Assembly (NCBI RefSeq): GCF_011386835.1
Contig: NC_088806.1
Coordinates: forward strand, 30,690,001-30,754,000
Length of the DNA: 64,000 nt
DNA from: Chrysemys picta bellii
Taxonomy: Eukaryota
Direction: 5' to 3'
The notes under the pieces: model-generated
The model's database searches: none
Told to the model about the DNA's origin: nothing
Seen by the model: the letters and a program-made list of their open reading frames with translations, nothing else
Program-made: the position numbers and the translations under genes
Part shown: one piece after another, positions 11,247 to 22,154 of the stretch
Layout: each line of letters opens with the position of its first letter
Position numbering within the stretch: position 1 is the first letter of the stretch

Positions 11247-13724
11247 AATACTTTAACAAAGTTTATTCTTCCTTGACTTACCTACCACAATTGGAGTTCA
11301 GCGGTGGTGGTATCCCTCATAATGGTTCACACCACCGCGCGCTAAAATACAACAGCCAATGCAGGCCTCTGCACTGGTTGAAGTGTTCGTGAAGGCTGCA
11401 ACCTTCAACTGTCATGCTGCTTTTTGGCAGGCAAATGAAAAAGGAACTGATTTTTCTTTTACATTTTTGTTAAACAGGAGATCTACCTAGATTGCTTTTT
11501 CCACCCCACTACAAAAAGTACGTATGTAGTGTATATAGCCTGTTTGCCCTTTTATTCTAGTAAAAGGTTCTGTTTAAGGCAGGCTTTAATCTAGCATTAA
11601 GGAATATGTTTATGTCCCCATCACGCTTTTGCTGCTGCTGTAGAATTTGTCATAGCAGGATTTCTGCCTGGATTGCATGCATAGCGTGTGTGTGTGTGTC
11701 TCCAGTATATGTGATCCACACAGAGATGTGGAGGAAAGCCGAAGAATCCCACTTCCCAGAAATAAAGGTTCAAGTCTGATAGTGCTCAGTGGGAGAGGAG
11801 TAGTCCTGGTCTTACCTCCCCAGGCCAGCGTGGGTTGGGGGAGTGCTCCCTTCCCCTCCAACAGCTTGGAACATTAACTGCAGAAACATCATTCAGCTCT
11901 GCTGAAAGAATGGAAGCCTCAGCACAGGAACTTGGGGGTGTGGAGGAGAGAGAGCAAGCAGATTTTAAAACCAAGGTTGGGAGAAGATTTGGCAGGGTGG
12001 TATGGGTCCACCTGTAGCAAGAGTGAGGGGATGAAACAGGACTTGGGTCTCTGCTAGTTTTTGAGGGTTGTAGGCTTTTGTTGAAAGGTACCATGTTTGA
12101 CCCATGCACTAAATGTCTCTCCATGGTGTCACCACACTGGTAAGACAGCTACTTGCTGGCAATCTAGTTTTTTTTATATAAAGCACTAAGTCTTTGTAAC
12201 AGTGCAGTGTGTTTACAGCTGAGGCTGTCTTCAGCTGTGAGCCAGAGCCCCTTGGTTAGGTGCTGATTGCAGTGGGGTGGGTCTGGCCTGTTGAATACAC
12301 ATCCGTTGGGCCGAGGTGGAGTAGTCAGGTGGCTCTCCATGCTCAAGGTTGTCTTGCTGAGGTGCCATGTTGCTTATGCATGGGTCAGCGTTCGCCGCCC
12401 TTCATCTCCAGCCCGCATTGTTTCTTTCCCAGCTGCATTAACCACCTCTGTGTGTAGCCATGGCAGCGGCTGCTGTGGACAGGAAGGGCGGCTTTCTTCT
12501 ATCTGGGACATTGAAGCTACTGTCCTGTTGCCACCATCTAAGCAGTGACCAGGCCATATCCCAGTGTAACCACATATCCCTTGGAGAGGGCAAGGAGGGA
12601 ATTTTTTTCTCATTGTACCAAAATTAGAGCCTGGTCCTGAGAAGTACTGAGCATTTGCAATTTCAACAGTAGGGTGCTTGCCACCTCTGGGGATCAGGCC
12701 CAGCAAACCCCAGTCTGGGTGCCCCTGCGTAGCCTTTATGACTTATTCCATTGTAACTGGCTGATTGTGAAAGAACTGACCCTTTCTGAACTTTTAATTT
12801 TTTAAACTAATCTAGTTACCGTTTACAGTTGTATGCTGAAGCCTGGAATCTTGTTTGTGCTGTAGTGTATGAGCATTGCCAATTTTATATTTATTGCAGT
12901 GAAGAAAATGCAAAGGAAAAGGTGTGAAAGGAAGGAGAGAATCCTTGTCTCTGAACTCGTATGTGGGTGCAAGCAAGGGGACTCCAGGTGCAGGCTGGGG
13001 GACCTCAAAGGCTGGAAGCTTGCACAGTATGTAAAATCCAATTACAGCCCTGCTTCATGGTGACCTTCCTTGGGGTGCTGCCCACTGCTGGGAGCTGACT
13101 GAACCTTCCCCAGGAAAAGCTGTGATTCTGCTTTGGCAAAATTGCATTGACTGGTAGAACTCACTATGTTTAGTGCATATTTCAATATAAATGTAAATGT
13201 TTCACCCCAATGAGGTCTGGTGTGCGTCTCTCTCTGGTTTCCCTGTGTGTGCGTCGGGGATGGGGAGGTGTCCAATGGGTTCATCAGAATGTGTTGGGTG
13301 ATGCGCAGTGGCTAATGGTTGCAACCTGTCATCACCCAGGGGTGATGCAGCGGGAAGGGTGACATCTGATGGGGTGAAAACCTTTATCAGGTAAAAGTTG
13401 GCTGTATTCATCCTTGTGGTATTCAAAAGGACACTCATCTGAACCTTCACTTTTAATTTAGCCTCCTGTGTGGTGAGATGCACTCTGATTCTCTGTTGTT
13501 CTCCTCTGACTTAACAAGGACCTATTTTTTTTAAAACTAAATTTAGGTTTTGCACCCAAAACTCTGCTCTTTTGTTTTCAGATTGGGGGGCCTACACTGA
13601 ACACTAATCAGTGTTCAATGATTATTCGGCGGGGGAGGGGTCAATATCTCTGAGACGGAATAGGAAATGAACTTTTGTACTGATGTAGCTTTAAAATCCG
13701 TCTAAAGGAGGCAGTGTTCTGAGT

Positions 13725-14610
13725 CTGAGAGTCAAACTGGGGAGAGTGGTAAATAATGAAGAGGACAAGTCGCTGATACACAGTGATCTGGATCACTTGG
13801 TAAACTGGGCACAAGCAAACAATGTGCATTTTAACAGGCCCAATGTAAAGTGATACATGTAGGACCAAAAGAAGTCATCCATCCTTACACAGTGCGGGGA
13901 CTCTCATCGTGGGATGCAGTCACTGAAAAGGACATGGTGGATAATCAGCTGAACTTGAGCTCCCAGGGTGACCCTGGGGGATATAAAGGAAATATCTAGT
14001 AGAGGAGAGAGGTTATTTTACCTCTGCTGCTGGAATCCTGTGTCCAGTGCTGGTGCCCACGGTTCAAGAAGGCTGTGGATAAACAGGCGATGGTTCAGAG
14101 AGGAACTGCAAGAATAACCGAAGGATTGGAAAACATACCTGGTAGTGATAAACTCAAGAGAGCTCAATCCGGTTGGTTTAAAAGAAGGTTAAGGGGTGAC
14201 TTGATCACAATCTAGAAGTACCTCCATGGGGAACAGAAATTTGACAATGGGCTCTTCAATCTAGCAGAGAGAGGTAGAACGCAATCCAAAGGCGGAAGTT
14301 GAAGCTGAACAAATTCAGACTGGAGATAAGGTGCAAATTTTTAACAATGAGACTAATTAACCATTGGTACAATTAACCAAGGGTCATGGTTATGAAAGCT
14401 TATGCTCTAATAAATTTGTTAGTCTCTAAGGTGCCACAAGTACTCCTGTTCTTTTTTTTAAGGGTCATGGAGAGTTACATGGATGGTTCTCCATCACTGG
14501 CAATCATTTAATCAAGATTGGGTGTTTTTCTAAAAGGTATTCTCTAGTTCAAACGGGACTTAATTAGGAGAAGTTCTATGGTCTGGGTTATGCAGGAGAT
14601 CAGACTAGGT
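13725..14610 (+). mobile_element. CR1 LINE ORF2 3' part and 3' UTR, degenerate
   Basis: Recalled CR1 motifs: agtgatctggatcacttggtaaactggg, ctggaatcctgtgtccagtgctggtgccc, aaggttaaggggtgacttgatcac, gttgaagctgaacaaattcagactggagataagg, ttctccatcactggc. Multiple stops and indels. Confidence 0.85.
14390..14459 (+). mobile_element. Short Penelope-like terminal fragment nested in the CR1 copy
   Basis: gaaagcttatgctctaataaatttgttagtctctaaggtgccacaagtactcctgttcttttt, flanked by the 11-bp direct repeat aagggtcatgg (14379-14389 and 14460-14470). Confidence 0.7.
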
Positions 14611-14619
14611 CATGGCGTT

Positions 14620-14770
14620 TAAGGTCAGAAGGGACCACCAGATCGTAACTCTCACCACCTGTATATCACAGGGCACCAACAACACTCCCACAACAAGCCC
14701 AGTAATCAGAGTTAAACCAAAGTATTACAGCCCTCAGGAGACTAGACTTGTGTGCCCCTGGCAGAGGCCA
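14620..14770 (-). mobile_element. CR1 3'-end fragment in opposite orientation
   Basis: ggtcagaagggaccaccagatcgtaactctcaccacctgtatatcacaggg...ttacagccctcaggagactagac resembles the reverse complement of a CR1 3' end. Confidence 0.55.
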
Positions 14771-14828
14771 GTGGTCCCTTCTGGCCTTCGAACCAAGAAG
14801 TTTTTCATAGATTATATTGCTGTGAATC

Positions 14829-14945
14829 CTGTGTGACCTTGGGCAAATCACTCAGCCTCTCTGCGTTTCATCGTAAACTGCAGTAATAATACACACGGTT
14901 GTCGTGAGACTTATCAGTCAAGTGCTTTCAGATCTTCAGATGAAA
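14829..14945 (+). mobile_element. Ancient MIR/CORE-SINE relic
   Basis: tgtgtgaccttgggcaaatcactcagcctctctg...catcgtaaactg...taataat matches the CORE domain. Confidence 0.55.
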
Positions 14946-16461
14946 GGTTGTCTAGAAATAAAATTCCCAATAGCACTGGCACCTTGTCTGCCAGGCTTCT
15001 CACATTTGTCCAGCAGCGAGTAAACAGAGGTTAATAACAGACACTGACACTTCAGATTTGGTCTAGTTGGCATCAGGCCTTGCATATGGGACTGCAGGTG
15101 CTCAATTGGGTGACTTGAGAGTAGCGCCCCACAGTACTATCTATTGGTCATAAAGCCCTTTTTACAAAAAAAGACTGTTGACAAACTCCCTGTTGGCTTC
15201 CACATGTGGCAAGCTTCCCCAACCCATCTGGCTCTGTGCAATGCTGCATGTTGTGGGGAGCTGTAGCAGGAGGCTTGCTTTTAAATAGCATGTGGCAATC
15301 TCTCCTAAACGAAGCAAAATGACAACTTTGAGTTCCTGCTGTGTGATCCATAGAGATCATTTATTTTCTCCTCCCCTTATCCTGTAGCTGTCTCTCCTGA
15401 GCAAATGTTGACTCTTCCCCCGCCCCCCAGAAATTTGCTATCCTTTGGGGGGTGGGGGGCGGTCAAGATGCCCTTTTAACGTAAACAAGGAATGTGACTG
15501 GGAATACCATGACCTCATCGGTATAAAGGGAGTTGGTATTGCCTCTGAGGCATTTCCTAATAATTCCATGTCAGAGAGGGCTGCCAAACAGTGGTGGATA
15601 AATCAATGATTTGTAGTTTTTCTGGCGCCTTGATGACTAAGGAGACTCTGTAAATATAAATTAATGGAGATTGTAGAGGTCTCCACACAGAGACCCTGAA
15701 AGACAAAGCTGAAAGGGGGCAAGGCACCTCCTATGCAGTTACTTGCTTGGGTATCCCCTCCGCTCCATGTGTGTCATTGCACTTCTATTCGGTCTGGAGA
15801 AAGGAGGGAAGAAAGGGCTTTGAAAGAGGCCAGTAGTGCCCTCTAGTGTTACTCCTTGTCACTTTCCTCTCTGTAAACCTTGCCATTTGCTCCCACGCCA
15901 CCAGCCCTGTGCAGGAGTGACTGGGCGTGAGGATGGTAGGGGAGGAGGAGTTGTCATCCGTGTTCCAGTTCATGTGGGAGCTGGACGGTAAACACAGAAT
16001 GTCATTCAGGAACATGGGGCAGATTTATTGCTTCTCTTTGGAAGTTGTCCCCACTAACCATCAACGTCTAACTGTGACTCTCACAGCGCCAGTTACAGTC
16101 TAGTTATTGCTTAGCCTGGCTGGGAACAGAGCTGCTGCCTCCCTTGGTAAGAGCGATTACCTTTGGCACTGCACTGTATATTATGGGCGAGACCAGAGGG
16201 GGAAGCCTGTGTCTTCCACAGGGAATGGAGCCTGTCTGAATGCCAGAAGTAAGCCAAGCATAGAATCAGAGAAGTGTAGGACTGGAAGCAACCGCAGTAG
16301 CTAGCATGTTTGATTTGAGTTTCAGGAGACTTCATTTCTTCATCAAACAGAAAAACCCCACATCTAGTGTACGTGTTGTGGAGAACGTGGGACTGGAAGC
16401 CATGAACAATCTGAATCAGTAGATTCTCTCTCCCTGCAGAGGATACAGAGGTATCTTATAG

Positions 16462-16785
16462 CAGGGGTTCTCAACCTCTTTCTTTCTGAACACCCGCCCC
16501 CATGCTATAAAATCTCCATGGCCCACCTGTGCCACAAAGCCAGAGCTGGTGTTAGGGGGTAGTAAGCAGCACAATTGACCAGGGCCCCACACCACAGGGG
16601 GTCCTGCGAAGCTAAGTTGCTCAGCCCCAAGTGGTGGGGCCTGGGATCCCGGTCTTCAGCCCTGCATGGGGGGGCTTTGGCTTTCTATCCTGGGCCCCAG
16701 TGAGTCTAATGCCAGCCCTGCTTGGTGGAACCCATAAAACCTACTCAAGGCCCACCAGTTGCCCCCAGGTCCCTGAGAACTGCTG
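16462..16785. mobile_element. Non-autonomous hAT DNA transposon (MITE)
   Basis: Imperfect TIRs caggggttctcaa / ctgagaactgctg; 8-bp TSD tcttatag / tcttacag. Confidence 0.8.
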
Positions 16786-16865
16786 TCTTACAGGGAACCA
16801 AGGAGCATCTGGTTATAAGAACTGTTTTAATAACATGAAAGTTGTAACACAAATTGCCATCAACT

Positions 16866-17035
16866 ACAAACAGGCAGATCAGAATGGCCATACTGGGTCA
16901 GACCAAAGGTCCATCTAGCCCAGTATCCTGTCTTCCAACAGGGTCGAGTGCCAGGGGCCCCAGAGGGAATGAATAGAACAGGGCAATTCTCAAGTGATGC
17001 ATCCCCTGTTGTGGAGTCACAGCTTCTGCAGGTCA
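16866..17035 (-). mobile_element. CR1 3'-end fragment
   Basis: gaatggccatactgggtcagaccaaaggtccatctagcccagtatcctgtcttcc...gtgccagg..ccccagagggaatgaa. Confidence 0.75.
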
Positions 17036-18269
17036 GCTGGTCTGTCTGCAGCAACTGGCCATGAGGCATGATAACACGAGGCCTCCTTTAACACTGCCTG
17101 ATTCCACTATTATTTTAAACTGTCTGAATTAGGTATTGGTGAGAGGGGACTGATAACCGTGCGTGTGGTGGATAATTAGCTGGACTGGGTATAGAGAGCA
17201 TCCAAAGAGGTAGGTGACGGCTGCACGGGAACCATCACCCTGACTGCTTTGTTGGCTGGCACCGACCTTCCCACCCCCCAGCGTCTGGCTCCATGCAGTG
17301 AGAAGCACCCAGCAAGTCCTGGAGCGTGACAGGTGCAGTAGAAAAGCAATGACTGCTCTAGCCCAACAAAGCCTTTATCTGATTTACTTTATTGCCTTTG
17401 TTTTTCTCTTTGGTTTTCTGGATGGACTTTACCTCACTCTTGTGAGGTGGCAAAATTGTATTTACTTAGGATGGCTAATTGCCCAAGGCCCTGGAGCAGA
17501 GATGTAGTTTCACAGATCAGACACAGAGCTCACAAACTGCCTCAGGCAGTGCTTGCTACCATTACAATTTCTGCGAAGTTCCTGGTGCCCAGCGCTTCTT
17601 TGCAGCAACATTTAGTATTTGTATCTTTGGTGCTGTACGATGTGTCCCCCCAAACCCCAGCTGTTCCCTGATAAGTCAGAGAGTGCAAAAGAAAGGGCAT
17701 CCTAAAATAGCCATGATCCTCGACCAGCAAGGTTGGGAACATAAGATTATAGGATAGATATTTGTGAAGTACGTGTGGATTCATGGATGTTTGCTCCTTA
17801 TTTACCCAGCTCTACGAAGTGGGTGAAAAATGAACAAATATTCATTGAATAATTAATTGCAAAGTAAATATTATGTGAAGAGCAATAATATCGATCTAGC
17901 TTGGGGTTCATACTGCTGCCCACCGTAGTGTCTGAGCCCCTGCCACTTAAATCAATAGCAACTGCCCAGCCTTTAGTGGACTCCATGAAGTCCCTGGCAC
18001 CTCTCCCTTTTCCAAGTACAAACTGCTTGGGACATGGATGATTTTTGGTTGGTTGATTGGGGTTTGTAGGGTGGGTATTGGGTTCGTGAGGGGGTCAGTG
18101 TTGTGATGTCATTCTTGCAATGGTGGAAAAGCTTGAAGGATGAGGGAGGCCTTGTAGCATTGCCCAGGAATGGTCAGGCTTTGGGTCTGTCCAGTCCCCT
18201 TTAGAGTTAGACAGTTTTTCCTAATATCTCACTTATAGCTCTCTTGTGTGTCTCCTATGTGGATTGTAA

Positions 18270-18471
18270 GGCCTGGTCTACACTCAAAACTTAGGCCTAC
18301 CTAGCTACCTCATGCTAACCCAACGCCTGGTGCACATGGAGCCATTGCTCAGGAAGGTGGAACTCCTACAAGGAGTAAAAGCCCTTCTTGTCACTGTAGC
18401 TATGTCTACATTACAGGGTGACTCTGGTGCCATAGCTATGTCGTTCTAGTGCCTGCAGTGCAGACATGGCC
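18270..18471. mobile_element. PIF/Harbinger-type MITE
   Basis: TIRs ggcctggtctacact / agtgcagacatggcc; flanks TAA / TGA (TWA-type 3-bp TSD). Confidence 0.7.
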
Positions 18472-20954
18472 TGACTTTACAGTAGTTCGTGTCACGGGGC
18501 CTAGAGCTTGTGCCTAGGTGGGGTGTGTGCATTTAAAGCAGAAGAAATAAAATAAATACAGTGAGAATTCCCCTAATGTTCCGTTTCCATGCTAGCAATT
18601 GCTGCAGTTGCTGGCGGGATGTTGTGTCAAGATCACAAATGGGAAGAGAGAGTCTGTCCACCAGACAGTCTGCTTCAGTGAGGTCCATGTGACGAAAATG
18701 TTTCAGAAGCCTAGATCTAAACTCTCCCATGCTGGAACCTCAAGCACAAAGCCGTGGGCTGGGGCCCCTTTGAAACTGACTAGGCTAGTTCCACGTTCCA
18801 AAAGACCAAGGGTATAACTAGTGAAAAGTCCGTGAGATTTTAAACATTTGTCCCTTGTGATTTCCAGCTCTTCTCTATTTACTTCCAAGCAGCTGCACTT
18901 TATTGATTGCTGCCTTCTCTATAGGTGCTGGGGCGAAGGCTGCAATGTCAGAACTGGCAGATATAATGATTGGATCTCCATTCTGCTTGCTGACCCCCTT
19001 TCGTTAGCATGGAGGGCAGGTAGTGATCTGGGGTTAGGAATACTCTCTTTAAAAAAAAATCAGAACAAAGCACCGCTGTTCTTTAGCAATATATGGTGCT
19101 TCGTCCCAAGCCCTCCCTCTTTTAACTCTTACCAATGTATCGCACAAGTGTACAATGTTTAGCTGTGCTCATGTAGTTACAACAGTCGAGATGGGCTGTA
19201 AAGGCATGGTAAGCATTGAGGGGGAGTTCTCTCGGAGGCCAGAGTGTTCTTTGGTGTTTCTCCTGCTCTGGGAGCAATTTGCAGCACAAGCTCTGGTCCC
19301 AGTTCAGTTCCATCCATTGTTTTCTAATGTAGGGTCCCCTGAATTGAAATATGCAAAGTGAAACAGAAACTAACGATAGCCCTTTAAGGCAAGATCTTCA
19401 AAGGACGGTACAAAGATTCATTAGCCCTGACAAGCCCATTGGGAGCAGGTCTAGTACCTATGGTGGGGAGGGAGTAAAACCAAAGCCAGAGCCCTGTTTC
19501 CCAGTACCAGACTCCAAACAGAGATGAAAACGTGACCAGAAACCCCACACGATGCTGGAATGGTCCGACTCCCGCAGCTCGCTCTGGGGCCCTGTGTGGT
19601 TCACCGATAAAACCAAACTGAGACCATAGAGATAAGACTTGGTTTCCATGTTGTTTAGCTTTGGATAAATTTCCTCATCAGGTTCTGATCCTGAAAGGGG
19701 CTGAGAACCCCCAATCCCAATGCAGAGAACCTGCCAGGCTTAGGCCCTTGTTCCTCTAAGCCTGTACTGAGAACACACTAGCTTATGAGAGTGAGTGTGG
19801 ATTATGATTTACATGATCGATAGGAAGTTTATTGAAGCAGCTCTCTGCCATGTGTCAGACTGTTCTGCAAACACACTGATTGAGGGTGCGGCCGAGTTGC
19901 TGTTAGAATCTGTATTCACGTAGGTGTCTAATATTCCATGCTCCAGAGAGATGATGTGCTGTGAGGTTGGACATCCACAGCGTTACCACACTGACTAAAC
20001 ACTCCTGCCTCTCTCCTCTAATAGCAAACTTGCCAGGGAGGTTCACTGTGGAGAATGCAGCAACCAGAGGAGGTTTTGCTGCCTATCCCAATGTAAACCA
20101 TAATGATTAGACCCTCCATGACTCCCTGCATCTGCTCAGACCAACTGCCACAGCCAACAGCCATGGAATCTTTCCATCCCTTCCTCTTATTAAAGGGACA
20201 CCGCCAGCACCGAATGTTCCTGCTGTTTGAAGCCGTGTGATGGGGGCTGGGGGGTGAGCCAGTGGGGTGGCAGGAGAGGTACCCTGTAGGTGAGTGGGGA
20301 AAGGAAAGAGGCGGTGCCCTACAGGGGCTGCGGATCGAGGCGTCTACCGCCTACATCCTGGTAACAATAAAGACTTGTCAGAGTTGGCTGCAGTGTGTTC
20401 CTTGTGCAGCGTCTGGATCAGTGCATGGTTCCAGCTGGTCCGGTGGTGTCCCCAGTGGCTCATTTCCCAAACCACCGCAGGCCCAGATTGCTGCACAGCA
20501 GAATGAGAGGAGTTCTGCAGTGGCTCCCTGGGACTCACTCTATTTATTCAAACCAAACCAATTAGGGAGTGAATTTTTCACCGTTGAACAGCATCCAACT
20601 CACAGCCCTCTTCAGAGTCCTCCGTTTATCCCCAGCGCACGGACCGTGGGCTGCCATGGTGTGAGCTTACCCCACCGCTACGCAGGCTTCTTCTGGAGGG
20701 ACCGTCTCCAGCGGTAAGAACCCCATGGCCTATTCATCTTGTCTCACAGATCCCTGAACACCCAGAAGGACAGGAACTGCAGGTGGTTCTAGCCAGTGTA
20801 ACAGGCTGAGGCAAGACCAGAACCCAGTGCTCTGGGAAGGTGGGAAGCAGGATCTGGGCTTGATAGCCGCAAGGAAGCAGCAACACCCCCTCAGAGGAGG
20901 CTGGCTAAGGGCACAAGAAGGCAATGCAAACATGCAAAGGGCCTTTTTCACTGT

Positions 20955-21300
20955 ATCATAGAATTGTAGACATGTCGGGTTGGAAGGGACCTCGAGAGGT
21001 CGTCCAGTCCAGTCCTCTGCACCGAGGCAGGACTCTGTATTATCCAGACCATCCCTGACAGGTGCTTGTCTAACGTGTTCTTAAAAACCTCTAGTGCTGG
21101 GGATTCCACAACCCGCCGTGGGAGCCTATTCCAGAGTTTAACTAGCCTTAGCGTTGGATGATTTTCCCTAATATCTCACCTATAGCTCCCTGGCTGCAGA
21201 TTAAGCCCACGACTCCTTGTCCTGCCTTCAGCTGTCATGGAGAACAGGGCTCTAGAACAGCCCGTAATGTACTGGAAGACCTTACAGTCTTTCATCTTGT
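20955..21300 (-). mobile_element. CR1 3'-end fragment
   Basis: atcatagaatt...gggttggaagggacctcgagaggtc.tccagtcc...ggggattccacaacc...ttccctaatatc (reverse of the CR1 3' end with ATTCTRTG-type terminus). Confidence 0.8.
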
Positions 21301-21965
21301 CCCCAAGCAACTCCCGGTGCTGAGTTTGGGGCCGCAGGAGGATGGAGCCGTCTGGGTCAGTTCCCCTTTAAGGATTTTCTGCAGCCTGTCCCTTTAAGAG
21401 TGTGTCAGTTCCCTGCCTGACGTCACCTGCTGCTTCAGTGTTTACAGCCTGGGCTTGTTGCATTCAGGACCGACACAAAGTCTCCAGCTGCCCGCAGCCC
21501 CTCACCTGCGAGGTGCAGTGGCCAGGCAGAGGCCTGTCTGCAGTGGGCTGGCGGAGAGGACCCAGCCCCTGGACAGACAGGGCAGGAAAGAAGCTGCTAG
21601 CCTGGCTGCTCACTGGCTCCCATTCAGGAAGCTGGGCGTGTGTGGGGCAGCTTCCACCGCCGCAGTGGGGCTGGCGGTGCCATGGGGCAGAGCGGCCCGG
21701 AGGTACCCTTGCTCTGGGAGGCCCTGTAGACGCTTCTCCTGGATGTGAGCAGCCTGCAGGCTCGCCCGGCAGAGCTGTTGATTCCCAGGTGCTCCCGCCC
21801 GCACCCTTTGGCCAGGTGCGGCGTGGAAGAGGCGGGGGGCCATGTTACCTGGGATTGCCCAACGTAGGGTCTAAAGGGTGCTGACCCCGGTGATGCTGGA
21901 AGCTCCTGCTGCTGCCGCCTTAGCCCAGCCCCGGGAGACGCGCTGCCTGCCTGTGGGATCAAGTC

Positions 21966-22154
21966 ATGTGGGCCCTGGAGCTGCCCCTCGTCCTGCTGCT
22001 GCTGGCTCCGCCGGGGGCTGGTGCTTTCCCCGAGGCCCTGGCCGCCAAGAACATCTCCCAGAAGGAGGCCGAGTTTGACAAAAACTACATGGACTTTGTG
22101 AACAGCGAGCTACTGAACATCTACACCTTCAACCACACCGTGATGAGGAACAGG
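21966..22154 (+). CDS. SIDT2: SIDT2 exon 1 (signal peptide)
   Basis: [16 protein letters not shown]...[18 protein letters not shown]|GTGAGT. Confidence 0.93.

Noticed and set aside
11301-11415. H/ACA snoRNA-like hairpin-hinge-hairpin
   Set aside because: An ANANNA word exists, but there is no 3' ACA box or pseudouridylation pocket, and the site is not intronic. Kept only as a weak structure finding.
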